Positions 12,006 through 26,808 of a DNA stretch of 64,000 bases are shown one piece after another. The notes beneath the pieces are model-generated. The model had not been told where the DNA came from and ran no database searches. It was given only the letters and a program-made list of their open reading frames with translations. Made by a program: the position numbers and the translations under genes. The stretch is taken from assembly GCA_016748015.1 (NCBI GenBank), contig JAAOMT010000239.1, positions 282,356-346,355 of the forward strand. The letters run 5' to 3'. This DNA is from Geosiphon pyriformis uo1. Taxonomy: Eukaryota > Fungi > Glomeromycota. Numbering within the stretch: position 1 is the stretch's first letter; every line of letters begins with the position of its first letter.

Positions 12006-13883
12006 TTAATTGGTATCGTTAAATGTAATGACTTTAAAATAACTTCTTGCAACTATCAAGGCTTCTTCGTCCAGCGATGCCAATACCGAAATAGTTAACT
12101 CTTTCAGAATCCCACCTAAAGTGGAAACAACGACATCCAAATGATCCTCGTTAAACCCAAGAAAGTAACCAAACTCTAGTATAGCTAAATTCTTGGTGTT
12201 TTTAAGGAATATTTCCAATGATTTTGGTGTAAATCTCCATCCAGCCTCAATTCCAAATCTTTCCAGTCGATTCATTTGGAGTTTTCCAAACAAAATAAGT
12301 AACCAATCGATATCAATCTCAGCTCGGGCACCACTAAGGATTATAGTGCGAAGGTTGGAATGCCTTTGGAAGAGATTCTCGAGATCCGGAAAATCGACTC
12401 TTGTAACGTAAATTTCCAAGTGAATCAGGTTTGGACAATAATCGGCGATTCCTTGTATTAGGTGGTTGTGAGAAAGTTCAGAGTTATGATGGATAAAGGT
12501 TCCCAAGTTTAATGTCTCAAGCGAGTTGCCACAATTAATAATTATTGATTCAAGTATAGATGAGGGTGTTAATGTATCTCTCAAATTGAGAGTCCGGAGT
12601 TTAGGGAATGTAGCTCCAATTAAAGGTTTCATCAATTCCTCTGTAAACCCATAGCAGGATATCATGGCGATTTCTCTAAGATTGGTCAAATCCGGCAATA
12701 CTTGTAGCGATTCCCAATTAAAAAATTTGGTATTTGTGAATTGTAGTCGCTCGAGTGATTTTGCTTGTGTTTTTAACGACTCCATCAATTCTGTTGCACC
12801 TAAAATACCGCAGCTGAGTTCAAGGGATTGTAATTCGTTTTGAGCTTTAATTAGATGTGCCAAGGTTTTTACTTCTTCTATTCTTTCTTCAATCTCACAT
12901 TCTAATCTACGTGAACAAACACTACATGAACAGCTGACAAAGGGCTCACGCGTCGGCAGGTAGACAACCATTCTTCGAATATTTTTCGATATCTTGGCTA
13001 GCTCACGAAATAGTTCTGTTTTTTTGACGAGTTCTCGAAAGATATCGGTGTTGGTTGATTTGATAATGCACACGAATTCAGCCAGTTGCGACAAGCAAGT
13101 GTTCGCATTGGGATAAAGCGGTAATGCAAGAAAACAACGAGGTATGTCACCGTCATCAGTGATGCTATTTCCCAAGATTGATGAATTGGTTTCATAACTA
13201 CTAATATCAATTGAAAGTCGTTTCACCGATGAACATTTGGCGATGAATAGCCTACATATGGTTGTTGACAACATCTGTTCATCAAATTCAATTGAAATTT
13301 GATCATATGAAGGTGCGAGTGAAAGTATATCGACATCGCTATCAGTTGAATTATATTTGCAACAACCGAGAAGACGTATCAAGTAAAGAATGGCAGCAGC
13401 AGCGCAAGAAAGTAAAGAGAACAACGGCGAAATTTCCGAGTCTGCGACGGACAAATTTTCATCTTCAATTAATTGTTGAATGCGTCGATTATATTCGATT
13501 GAATCACGAACCGCGGCATGTATATCCACTAAATCCAAGCATCTCAGATAATTGACATAACTAAATGCGAAAGAAGTTTTGGGAAGATTAGGTTTGGGGG
13601 TTATTATGATTTGATTATCTACAAGATCAGAAATTTGTTCAGCTGTTAAGTATGAAAGATAGGTATGTAACAATTTTGTCGCCCGTATTTGTCGAGACTC
13701 TTCTATTGATTTTTTGTGAGAGTCACAAGAATAAAGCAAACGGAAAGGTTGTCGCCAAAGAGTTGGAATTGCGATTTCACACCATGTACGATTCACAAGG
13801 ATGCATGAGTGTAACGCTTGTTTATTATCGATGAGGTACCCAAATATTTCCGAAAGACAATCCGGGGTTAGAAATTGAGCCAT
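12006..13883 (-). CDS. F-box / RNI-like leucine-rich-repeat protein, 625 aa, intronless
   Basis: N-terminal F-box LTPDCLSEIF...LHSCILVNRTWCEIAIPTLWRQPF, FSYVNYLRCLD, multiple LxxLxL repeats in the C-terminal half. Confidence 0.9.
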   Translation of the reverse strand: MAQFLTPDCLSEIFGYLIDNKQALHSCILVNRTWCEIAIPTLWRQPFRLLYSCDSHKKSIEESRQIRATKLLHTYLSYLTAEQISDLVDNQIIITPKPNLPKTSFAFSYVNYLRCLDLVDIHAAVRDSIEYNRRIQQLIEDENLSVADSEISPLFSLLSCAAAAILYLIRLLGCCKYNSTDSDVDILSLAPSYDQISIEFDEQMLSTTICRLFIAKCSSVKRLSIDISSYETNSSILGNSITDDGDIPRCFLALPLYPNANTCLSQLAEFVCIIKSTNTDIFRELVKKTELFRELAKISKNIRRMVVYLPTREPFVSCSCSVCSRRLECEIEERIEEVKTLAHLIKAQNELQSLELSCGILGATELMESLKTQAKSLERLQFTNTKFFNWESLQVLPDLTNLREIAMISCYGFTEELMKPLIGATFPKLRTLNLRDTLTPSSILESIIINCGNSLETLNLGTFIHHNSELSHNHLIQGIADYCPNLIHLEIYVTRVDFPDLENLFQRHSNLRTIILSGARAEIDIDWLLILFGKLQMNRLERFGIEAGWRFTPKSLEIFLKNTKNLAILEFGYFLGFNEDHLDVVVSTLGGILKELTISVLASLDEEALIVARSYFKVITFNDTN

Positions 13884-15347
13884 GAATGATGGTTTTATAT
13901 TTTTATGGGAATTGAGCAGTGGAAATCTTCATTAAAAGTAAATATTATACAAAATCTGTGAACGGATCGTTTAATCTTTAGAAGGACGTGCGAAAGAACA
14001 AAATACTGAATAAATACAATTAGTTTTAATCAATTACACAACCGTTCAGTAAAAAATGACTACAGAGGAAAACATGTTTCCCGGAAAATTAAATTTCCAA
14101 ATTTTGAAAGAGTACAAGTGACGCCTCAAAATAATTTTCGTTTCGACCATTTACGGCGCATTTTTCCCAATTATTCCGATATAAATTGAACTCGGAGCTA
14201 TTCGAATTTTTCTCGGATCCAATGAACAATTAGGTTGTTAATCAAAATTTTGGTTAAAATGAGATCGGCTTTACAGAAATCAGCCGTTTGCAGGCCAAGG
14301 GGTCAAGTTTCACTGCAGGCGGTCAAAGAGGCTCAATATTTGAAACGTGGAACCGCCAAAAACAAAAGCGTAGCAATCCTGGTAGATCTTGGAAACTATC
14401 ACCTTCCAGATTAATCACGCCAAGCCATTTTCAGATAGATGCATGGGAAACAAGAAAATAGAACTTATCTATGAAAAGTGACTAAATACAAAATTCAAAT
14501 TTCTTTTGAAACTTTGATTATCTTGAGAATAATCAATCTACCATTTCAAGATCTAGAATTATTAGTTTGTTGCTTTATTGAGTGTAGTCTGTTCAGATAG
14601 AATCATTAACTACCACTACCTATGTAATCCCCAATCCCCCAATTCCCCATTTTATGAAGAAATCTCACAAAGTGAAAGGGAAATGACAAGGCTGGACTGA
14701 ATTCATAAATGGTAGAGAGAAATTTGAAGTCTATTTTTTCATATTTTCATTGTTTCTTATAACTCTAATATAGGAACATCGCGATTAATCAACTAAAATC
14801 CAGATTAAAAATCGCAAGATAAGAGAGTTTAATATTATTATTTCTTGTGCTTCAGATTAACTTTAGAGCGTTTTAATGCAAATGATAATTAGTCTGGCTA
14901 TTGTATAAGAAATGATGCTTCTAATGTTTCAAAATTTTCAGAATTTCTACATAATTTTTTTATAAAATTTAAATAAGTATTCAATAAATGTAATAAAAAT
15001 CAATTGTTATTTTATATTAGATCAAAAATTTAAAAAATAAATCATAATAAGTAGTAAATCTTTGATAAATAGAATATTATTTATCAAAAGACAACTTAAT
15101 AATATTTACAATTAATAAAATTTTAATTGGTATTTTTCTATAAAACAAAAATTAAAACCAACAAATTTGATAATTATATTATATTTAAGATATATATAAT
15201 GTAAGTTTTTTAAAAATTATATAAAAATAAACAGCTGTTATTTTATTTATTTCAATTTATTATTTATTTATAAATACTTTTATTTTATTATTGTTTGCAA
15301 ATATTTATATGAAATAAATTATTATAAATAAATTTTATGAGAATATA

Positions 15348-15383
<36 letters not shown>

Positions 15384-15789
15384 TAAAAATTAAATTAAGT
15401 AATTCGAATTTTAATAAACAAACAATTTTATAAAATATTTTAAACAAAAATTTATTCTTTATAATAATAAATTTAATAAGATTCTTTTAAATTATAATTT
15501 TTTTAAAGTTTATATTAAGCTCTAATTTTATATTTATATTTTATATTAAAATTAGTAAACATATTCAATATTTTTATTTGACAATTAATTTAGTTAAAAT
15601 ACATTTTTAATTAATTTAATTTCAGAATTAAAATAGTTGTTTATTTTTTAAACTTTAATATTTTTAAAAATAATTACTTATTTTTTTTCAATTAAAACTG
15701 TATAATATATCTTAAATTTTAAATTAATTTATTTATTATAATTGATTTATACATATTATAAAAATTTAACTTCTTTTTTTCTATGTCCA

Positions 15790-17716
15790 AATTCTTTAAA
15801 AAGCCAATTTTGAAAAAAAAGTTTTTTGTTTTTTGTTTTTTTTACAATTTTATTTTTACAATTTTATAAGACACAAACTCTTTTGTTGCTGTTTTGGCAA
15901 TCATTACCAGTGGTATTATATTCAAAAAAAATCAACTAAAGATATTGTTTTAGGTTTTATTAACAACAATTTGGTGCAAAAATCTAAAGTGTCTATTAAC
16001 AAGATAAAACACTCAAACAATAAAGTATATTTAAAGTTCAAGTTACTTATGTACAATATTAATTAGTTTAAAAACATAGATATTACTTCTAATAATACAA
16101 AAAAGAGTTTAACAATAAAAGTAAAAAGCTTTTAGATTTTCATATTAATACTTCTAAAGTAAAATAATTCAATATTAAAAAAACAATAGTCTTTTTTTTT
16201 GGCCTTTGTAATTTTAATATTGATATTAAAAACATATTTTTTTCTTTTTTACTTGATATATTTTTAAACAAAAAATAGATTGATTTAAAAATTTAAAAAA
16301 ATCATTAAACTATATTTATATTAGATAAAAATATAAAACAAGTTATAATATTGGCCATTGAGAACAAAATTCAGATAAATAGCAATCTTAAAAAACAAAA
16401 AATTTATTTAGATTAGACTATAATCATCAAAAAAAATTTTATAAATATGTTTAAAAAAAATATTATTTTAGTCTTATTTAAATTTGATCAAATAATATTT
16501 ATTCAATTGTAATTAATTAGATTATAACAAAAAACTTTAATAAAATTTGCTAAATTAAATTAAGTTGACTTATTTACTAAAAAATAAACAGAAAAAATTT
16601 AGTGTATATAATTAAGACTATTTTAGATTAAGTTAATTAGATTTTTAAAAATTAATTTAGAGTGCTGTTATTTATATTATTAATGAAAACTATAATACAT
16701 AATTTAAACTTTTTATTAAATAATATAAATAAAAAAACTTGCATAATAAATTATTTATTTATTATTAATATTAAGCTTTAATATATAATAGTATGTTTTA
16801 AATCTAAAAAAAATTTTGATTATTTATTTTATACTGTTCTTATTTTTGATATAATTAAATTTTTTTGGGCCAAATTGAATTTAATTTGTTGTAATAAATG
16901 TAGTTATTTTAGATATTTAATTCTAAAGTATAATAAAATTATTTGTTCTTGTTTTACTGCTAAAAAAGCTTTTAAATAACTACTTTTTAAAAAAAAAAGT
17001 TGGATTTTGTTTGTTTTTATGCTAAAAAACAGGTTTTTGTATTTTGTTTTCTGGTTTTGAAAAAATATTATAGACTTAAGTAATTAACAAAAAACAACAA
17101 ACTTTCAATTTAGTGTATTTTCTTATTAGAATATATTTTTTAATATTTTAATAAGTTCTGTTTCTTTTATTTTCTTTTTTTTAAATCTTAGTTAAACTTA
17201 CTTAAATATTTATTAAAAATTTTTGTCCATGTAAATATATTTATAAGGATTTTTTTAATTAATTATTAGTTTTGCTAATATAATCAGGTTTAATATAAAT
17301 GTTTTTAATTTGTTTTCTTCTGTTATTAATTTAATTATTAATAATACTTTTCAATTGGTTTTTAATAATAATAAAATTTTTACTGTCAATATTAATAATC
17401 TAAAATTCAAAATATTAGCTTTAAATATAAGTATTATTTTAACTTATTTAGACTTATTAATTTCTGGTTATAGCTTTTTGTCTTTTTTTCTCTTAATGAC
17501 TAGTTTTATTTAGAAAATTACTATGTGTAATATTAAAAAAATAAACAATTTTATAAAACAGAAAGATATTATTAAGTAATATATATATATAAACAATTTA
17601 GTTTTAATAGTCTTGAAAACAAAATTACATAATAAGATTAAATTATAAAATTATAAATAAGTTTAATGGAATTAGAATTTTTATTTCTAATATTAATTTT
17701 GATTATTTTAGTTTAG

Positions 17717-17748
<32 letters not shown>

Positions 17749-19850
17749 AATAAAGCAATAATTAAGTATATATATAAGATTTTGGAAGTAATTAATTATA
17801 TTGTTAATTTGCTTTTTGTTTAAAAACTGTTTTTTAATTATAATTCTAAATTATATGTTAATATTATGCTAAAAAAACTAATTTAGGCTTAGAAATTTAA
17901 TTTAATAATAATAATAACTGTAAATATTAGTATATTTATAATATTTAAGAATAATTTCAATAAAAATAAATCAGATTATAATATAAGTTTTAAGAAATTT
18001 TTAAATTTAGATTTGTTTGATGTTTATTGTAATTTTTTTATTTGTAAAACTTTTATTTAATTTAACTTAAGAAGAATACAAAAGTGTCTGAATTTTGTTT
18101 TAATTAATAATAATTTTTAGAATACTGTATTTAATTAACTAGTGTATTGTTTGATGAAATTTTTTGATGCTAACTATTTAATTGTTTTAATAAATATTAG
18201 TCTAAAAAACTTTTTTAATCTTTAAATTAATTTAATACAAAAACAAATTAATAGAAATTACTAAAAGTATAAAATAAAAAATATTAACAAAAAAGTTTGA
18301 AAAAAATTTAATGTTTTATCTTTAAATATTGTATTAAATACTATTAAGAACTTTAATACTAATAAAAAAAACAATAATTTTAATAAAATATAGAGTCTAA
18401 TAAATTATACAATAATTTTTATAGTTAATACTGCTTTTTTAAAAGTTAAATTTTAAAATGATAAAATTACTTATAGTATTACTTTGTTTAAGTTTTATAA
18501 ATTAAAACAGCTGGTTTTTAAGATTCTGAAAGTATTTTAATTAATAAATATTAAACAGTTTTAAATTTTGTTAAACAAGTAAATTTAATTAAACTTGAAT
18601 TTGACTAAGATTTTTAATAATATTTTAAATAATAATTCTGATATAAGTAATATAAAGCAAATATTAATTTAACCTAAAAAAATATACAAATTTTATAAAA
18701 TATTGAAACCAAAACAGTTGAAATTATATCATAAAGACAGTTATTAATAAGTGCTTGAATTTTTTTTTATTAATAATAAAAATTAAATAATTAATAATAT
18801 ATTAAAAAAATCTTTTAAAAAAATAATACTAAACTATTTAATTATTAATAATAAATTAATTTTGAATTTTAATTTAGTTAAAAGCAAAGTTAATCTAATA
18901 ATAAAAGATTAAACTAAGAAATATAAAATTAAAAACAGCATAGTTTTTTATTAGCAATAACAATTTACTTTTCTTAATTATATAAATAATAATATTTTCT
19001 CTAATATTATAAAAAAAATTAGTTTTATTAAGTTTTTGGTAATTATTAGGGATCTTTTAAATAAAAAATTGACTGGTTTGTCTTAAATTTTTAATAAAAT
19101 ATAGAAATATTACAATAAGTTTATTTTATATTAGTTTTTAAATTTGCTTAATAAATATTTTTTGATAAAAAAAGTTTATAATACTTAAAAAAAACATAAA
19201 TATCAATAATCTCAAAACTATATAACTAAAAAAATGTTTTAATTAAAACTACAAAAAAAAAATTTTTTAAAATTTTGTTTAATCATATTTTAAGAGCATA
19301 TAATAAATTTGACATTTTAATAAGTGATAATTTTTTAATTTTTAAGGATATTTCAATTTAGTTTCTTATTTTTACTATTAGTTTGATTATTAAAAATACA
19401 TTAAAAAAGAACAAAAAAGTTTAATTAATATTTTAAGACATGTACAAAATTTATAACTTAATAAATTGAAAGTATTTGTATAATAATTTAAAGAAAGTAA
19501 AAATATATAGCAAATTTATCAGATTTTTTGGCCATATTTACAATAGTTACACAAATAAAATTACAATAAATTTCAGTTTATTTACAGAATACAAAATTTA
19601 AAATAAGTTAAATTAGAGTAAAGTGTTTTTGTTTCTTTTATAAAAAATTTTTATGATTTTTTCTTGTGTAAAATAAAGAAATACAAATTATTTTTTAAAT
19701 ATTAAGTAAATTTTAGATTTGTTATATGAATTAGCAGAATTAAATTTAATATTAATATAACTTTATATCTGTTTTCAAATGTTTTCATTGATAACATAAT
19801 TTAAATTAACAATTGCTATATAGTAATACAAAAAATATTAGATATTACAA
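15790..19850 (+). mobile_element. Heavily degenerate non-LTR retrotransposon (LINE), fragmented, with internal deletions/insertions
   Basis: RT remnant at ~19340-19480 (KDISI*FLIFTISLIIKNTLKKNKKV*LIF*DMYKIYNL) colinear with the RT of the minus-strand copy; ORF1- and endonuclease-like remnants upstream; boundaries approximate. Confidence 0.6.
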
Positions 19851-19914
19851 ATAAATTTTTTGAAATTAATAATATTACTATTTTTTTATTAACTATTTAA
19901 TAAGTAAAGTCTAA

Positions 19915-22900
19915 CAGCTATTTAATAGATAGAATCAAACTAAGTAGCTTAAACTAAATACTATTTATGTTTTTATTATATGTGGTTAACCATTCGAATT
20001 AGACAAGACAATACTAAATATTTATACTAATATATGTATTTTTACTTAAACCAAAAAAGAAAGAATACTGTTTACACTTATCAAAACTAATTATAAAAAA
20101 CTTTACTATACCAAACAACTAAACCACCTTATTTAACAACATAAATACTATACAATAAGACAAACCTAAAATCATGTCACCATTTTTGATTAACTTAGCT
20201 TTTTTTATATTTATTTTATATTTTAATCTTACAAGTTATATCTTAGTTTAATGCAATTTTACCAAATATTTTACATATTTAACAAGAGCAAAAGCCATTT
20301 TCACTCTTCTATTAAAAACTGTAACATTTTTAGCATACTAGTTTTTTAGCACAAATTTCTTACAAATTGTCATATATAAATCTATGTTTAATAAACACTG
20401 AAAAATATTTACAGAATAATAAAAGAAAACAGACAGCAAGCACCTATTAATAATACTTATTTTTCAAAAACTTTTGCCAAAATATTCTCTTGAATACTAC
20501 TATTCTTAGCATAAGCAAAAACATAATTAGATAATTTTACTTTATTACACAATAAATACAGTATACTAGAATATAATTTATTATACAATTTTTTTCTAAC
20601 TGTTATTAATAGTTACCTGTATACAGCTTTTATTAAGTATCTACACATATTTGCAGACTTTTTACTAGTAAACCCAAAAAGCATATGCAAGTCAGAATAC
20701 CAGACTCTTATAGTAACTAGCCAATCTATTTCTTTAATTAGCACACTTGGAATTATATTAAAACCAAAACCAGTCTTTTATTGAGCATAACAAACAAATC
20801 TGTACAAATTATGAACAAAATAATAAGTATTGCCAGACATAGCCATATTTTTAGTTATTATAAAACATTTCTGAATTCCAATTGGTAGAAAAAAAGGAGA
20901 GTAAGCAGTTTTATTCACTATTTTATTAGCTTAAATATTGTCCAAAATATCTAAATGATCTTTAAATTTTACTCATATAACAAAAAGCTTTTTATCTTTA
21001 ATCAAATTAGCAATATGTTTTCTTTTTATCTAACACTAATTGCAAAAGTCTGGTACAGCAAAAAAAACCTCAGAAATACACATATCAATAACAAATTGTT
21101 TATTCAGATATAAAACTATTGAATAAAAAGATAGAATACACTCCAAAAACAGTACAATAGTCTGTAATTTAACTATTGTAAAAAACAAAAGACCATATAT
21201 CTAAACACTAAAATTTGTACCTATAGTTGGAAAGTAAACAGCCACTCTACTAGCAACTTTAGCAAAACCAGTATACTTTAAAAAACTATCTGTGTAAATT
21301 TTAACAGAATTAGATTAAGTCTCAAATAAATCTCTTTACATATCAAAAAACTTTTTAAACTTCAAAATATTCAAACCAAATAATCTACCAGCATTAGCAA
21401 AATCAACCACCAAAGAATCTTTATCAATCAAAAATTTAAACACTAATTTAAACTAATAAGATACAGAACTTTTTAAATCTAATCTCTTCTATTGACAAAA
21501 TGTTTTTCAACTTATCACATTTTTTTTTGTCTAGAAGTTTGTTATCAAAAACAACTCTAAACTATTTCAAAAAAAGAACAAAGCTATAATATAGGAACTT
21601 CTTCAAAATATTTAACATTAGAAATTTACCAGAACTATAAAATACATTGAGTAAATTATTTACTAAAGATAAATTATTGTTCAAAAAAAATTTTATCACT
21701 TTAGCCAAAAAATTGTTCATTAAATTAATATACAACTTAATAGAAAACTGCAGAAAATTCAAAGAAAACTACCTTAGAATCTGCAAATCCAAGAATTTAT
21801 GTTTAAACAAATATCTAAAAATACCTAATATATTGAAAAAAACAATCAATAAAGCCATTTTTTTTGATTGTATTTACTCAAAAGACTTTAGACCATATAA
21901 AAATGGATAATACAAAGTCTTATTGAGAAAATCACATGGCAAACTGGCTTTGGCTTTAAAACTTTTTTTGATTATTACATTCTATTTACAATATATATTT
22001 AATAAAACAAAATTAAACTGTAACTAATAGCTAATTATAGGCTGCAAAACAGCCAAGACCAAATAAAAAAATTGTTTATTTATAATTGTTTTCTTTAATA
22101 CTACATTAGAAAAAAACCTAATATTAATATAAGCTTAAACCAAACTAGATTTAAAGAGACTTTTAGCTAACCAAAAAATTTTTAAATATCTGTATAATTC
22201 ACTTTTTTTAGCAATTGAAATTGACAAATCACTAATTATTAATAAGGCAGTCTTAATATCCTGATTAATAAAAATAGCTACTGTCTTTTTATTATTAATT
22301 AAAATATTATTAACATCAAAAAACTTACTAGCAATATTTAAAATATATTGAGTAGAAGTTTGTCTACTCTTAATTTAAATTGTGTTGTTAACAAAACACC
22401 AGCAACAAAAAATAATGTTTTTTCTTCAATTTTCTCAATTTTGCCAGTCTTGGCCACAAACTTTATATTAATTTAATATTTATACAAATGTTTATGTCTT
22501 TTGACTTTACATAAAAGTAGATTATAAAAAATTTTCCAGAAGAAAGAAAATCTTATCTTAATCCAACTTATTATGCATTTTGTAATTATCTAAAAATTTA
22601 AAGTCAGTTATTATCTTATTGATCCAATTTTCATATATGTTAACAAAAAACTCAATAAACTAACTATTTATCTTGATGTACTATAAGCCAGTTCTCAAAT
22701 AATGTCTTTTTATTAAATCATAAGTCTTATATATATTTTGTAAAATCAACCAAAGTTTTCTATTTTTTTTTAGTGCATCTTTAACAATTAATCTAATAAC
22801 AAAAATAGAAAACTGAGTTGAAATACTTTTTAATACTAAAAAGTTATCACTACAAAAAATATTAAATTTGCTATATGCTAAGAATATCCAATCAGAAAAA

Positions 22901-25772
22901 ATTTTTAACAGAATTTTCTTAACTGTTTTAATCAATATAATAAGTTAAGTATTTATTAAAATGCTATTTCACTTATAAAATTTAGAGATTATTAAAATCT
23001 ATGCTTTCTTCCAAAAAATTAGAACTATATCTAAAGTCAAGCATAAATTCAACAATTTTAAAAGACATTTTAATATTTTGCTTATAAATACTATAAAATA
23101 AATATTCAGAAAACTACTTAAACTAATTGAAACTAAAACTGTCTTGTGATCTATATCAAAAAATTTTAACACAATATTAATCTTATAACTTGCAATTATA
23201 AATACCAAATTTTTATTCATAAATATAAAATCTAATACTTTTTCAACACTCTTAGAGTTGCTTTAAATAGAAGCTTTGGTTAATAAATGTTTATCAAATA
23301 TATTAACAAATTCAGATCTAAACAAAACTTGAAATTTGCACTTCTTTTTGATCTATTTTTATTGAAATTTTTATCTAAAACCACAAAAGTATTGGAATTG
23401 ACTGTTTTAACAATAAAAAGTGATTTTTAATGTTTATTCAAATTTAACCTTAGAAAAAGCACTAACATACAACCTCAAAATTGTTATTGAAAGTTTATTT
23501 TTAAATAAAAAACAAACTAAAATGATTTTGCCCAAAATCTCATCAACTTTTAAGATATATTAAGCCAAAAAATTGTTCATATTATAGTTATTTAACACAA
23601 AAAAAACTTTTATCTAAATCAAATATAAAAATTCATATTTTTTTAAACTTATTTATTATCTAAGACCTAATATTAGACTTTAATTTAGTTTCTGTAATAA
23701 TAAAAATCATATTACTCAAATTAATATGTTATCAAATAACATCAGCTTGTTTAGTAAAAATATTAATACTTTTAATATTACATATAGTAATCTTCTATAC
23801 AAGATTAGTTATTAAGAAGAAAAAATGTCTAAACCAAAACCAATATTGTTTATTTTGGCCATAAAACCCAAAATTATATCTAAAAAACTTTTTAAATTGT
23901 CTTCCAACTTAAAAATTACTAATAAATCCAAAAATGCCACTTTTATAACAGTTTTATTACTAATAGTTATACTTAAACTCTTACTCATTACTATATTTAT
24001 CTCTTAATTCTGTGATAAAAGAGTTACCAATAACTGATATTCAAGATTAGACTAAAAAACTATTGGTCCAAGTATATTTAACCTCTTAGTTAGCTTTTTG
24101 ACTTGCTCTGTAAGATTAATAAAACCATGCTTAAGAATAGTAAACTTATTATTTATTTTCACAGATACTAATAAAAAAAATTTAATATCTGAAGACAAAC
24201 TATTACCAAAAAAAACTAGAGAAACCATTTAAAAAAAAGAACTACTAGCAATTTGTGCTTAAGTTTTCTCACTAAAAAAAACTGAGTAAGCAATTAGTAT
24301 TTGTTTTTTCTTATATATATTTACCAAATAAATTTGATCTTAAAAATTAACTATCCTCTTAATGTAATCATTCAAATTTTTATTCTTTAAACAATCATTA
24401 AAAACATAATTGAATTGTTTATACTGAGCACAACAGACCAAAAAAAAACCAGTCTAATATAAATTTTCACTTTTAAAGACTAGAATAAAACCAATAACAG
24501 CTTTTTTGGATATCTTATTAGCAAAATAAATTACAGCACATCTATTATGTACATATAAATCTGAATTACAGTCAATGAAACAAGTTTTCTCATTATATGA
24601 AACCAATAATTCAGAAAAATTATAAGCAATAATACAAATTGGCAAAGTATATAGTAAAGTTTAATGTTAATTTTTAAGTACTTATATTTGTTTATTATTA
24701 ACAGTCTTTATAATACAAACAGAATCCTTTCTTAGTAAAACAAACTATTTGGTTATAACCAAATTGATAATCTTAATCGATTCAAATTCCACCAGAGTCT
24801 TTTGCTAAAGACTAATTAACTGTATTTTAATAAACACAATCTTGTCAAATTTAAAAAAAACTAATTTTACAGCCAATTTTGAAAGATTTACCAAAAAATT
24901 TTTGATTATTATTTCTCAATCTGTATATTTGTTTGCTATTTTGATATTATTATTGACTAAAATTTTTTTATTAATTGTTAACTCTCTAGTGTTTTTCAAA
25001 CTAAACTTAGATATAAAAAATAATCTAATTATACCAGAAAATTTTAAAGAAGTTGATGTTTTTTCAAAACTATCAACACAATAAAAAATTTTTTTCACTA
25101 TTATTAACTTATTACCAAAAAATTTCTTAAACATAACAAAAAACTTAATATCTAATGCAAAAAATTTTGTTGAATTAAAACTCTATTTTTCTAAAACACA
25201 TAATTTAATCAATAAAAGTTGCTTGAAATTGTCAAACTTAAGTGACAGAAACATTAAAATTTTTTTATTATTGCTTAAATTTATGAATAAAGGAGCTTTT
25301 GGTAATTAATCTAATATATATGTTTGAGTGTAAGTTTTCTGCAATATGGTATTATTTATATTTTTATTAACCACTAAAGTATCTGAATTTACATAGTTAG
25401 TCTTTTTGGCAACTGTGTTTTTCATATTTTTTACATTTAATAAACTGCTAATATTATTGGCTTTACTGCCAACTTTGTTATCCCAAAATACTATAGACTT
25501 TTTACTATAGACACTAATATTTTTAAGACTTAAAAGACCAGCAGACAAGTTAACTATATTAATGCTTATATTAAGTTTTTTTGGCTTTTTGTAAAATGCA
25601 CTGTAAAAATATACACTCTCCATTTGCTTTTTTTTAATGCTTAATTATGTTTCTAAACCAGCCAAACTTAAATCAGAGCTTACTGGTTTTATCACAATAA
25701 AAAAAAGTAAGTTGAAAGAAATAACTAAGAAAAACAAAGAAAAAAAAAAAAAAAAAAAGTTAAAAAAAAAAA

Positions 25773-25805
<33 letters not shown>
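19915..25805 (-). mobile_element. Near full-span degenerate LINE (ORF1 - APE endonuclease - RT - RNase H - C-terminal Zn motif)
   Basis: ORF1 remnants (ORFs 25306-25623, 24916-25134, 24454-24645); RT remnants LWLILQNIYKTYDL (~22700-22760) and FVNNTI (eroded FVDD, ~22380-22395); RNase H remnants IYTDSF (~21283-21300) and KLQTIVLFLEC (~21140-21172); 3' end similar to 56316-57116. Confidence 0.85.
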
Positions 25806-25809
<4 letters not shown>

Positions 25810-26808
25810 TTTCTTTGATAAATTATTGTTTTTGTTATAACCAAAGAATTGACAAAAAAAAATTTTTTTACTATTAATATAAACAAAACAGTAACTATTT
25901 AAATTAACTTTTAAATTAAAAATATTTTTTTAAGTATAAACAATTCTTTAATTTTGTTACTAAATCAAATAAGTTTTATCAATATTTAGGAATTTTTTTG
26001 TTAATTCAAAATTTTTTTGTATTTAACTTAAAAAAAACTAATTTGAATATCAAATTTTTTTTTCATAGTGTTATGAAAAACCATTTCTAATAAACAATTT
26101 TTTTATTTAGTTTTAGTTATTTTACAACTGATTATTAATTATAGAACTCAGTTTAGTTTTATTAATAAGAGTATATATAAAAAATAAAATTAGCTAATCA
26201 AAAAAGACTTAAAATTTAAGACAAATTTATTAAAAAATTTTCAAGTAAAGTTATACACCATTTTTTTTAGTATAATCTAAAACTATTTGAGCAAATTCAA
26301 GCTAAAAAAAGATGACATTTGTCATGAACTTTGCAAATAATAAAGGCATTCTTGGTAAGCTGTTTAGATACAGACTTTTAGATTTGCAGATGTTAGATTA
26401 AATTCTTTGTAATCTATTTTAATATTCAGTTGGCTTGAAAATCAATCCAAGAAACATTTTTCTGGCCAGTGTTACAAAAATTTTTTTGAACAATAAGCTA
26501 GCCATGATGAATTACATGTTCAATGCTTTTTATTTTAAGCAGAACTTTCTTGTTATGAATGTTTTAAATTACAAAAAATACTTTGGAGTTGTTAGATTTC
26601 TTAAACATTTTGGCATTGTTTTTGCTGATCAATTTCTGAATAGTCATAAAGAGTATTTTACTTAGAAGAATTTTCACTAATGAAAGCAGTTGGATCTAAA
26701 AGAATCTGTGACTTTTTGGTTCTTATATGTTGCTGATTTTGTTTTGGGTGGTGGCTTGGCCAATAATCCTTCTTTTTCTAATACTTTGCATGGCTTAAAC
26801 ATTTTAAG

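Noticed and set aside
25730-25805. A-run as a poly-A tail or poly-Lys ORF
   Set aside because: Lies at the 5' end of the minus-strand LINE; probably an eroded pyrimidine-rich 5' UTR
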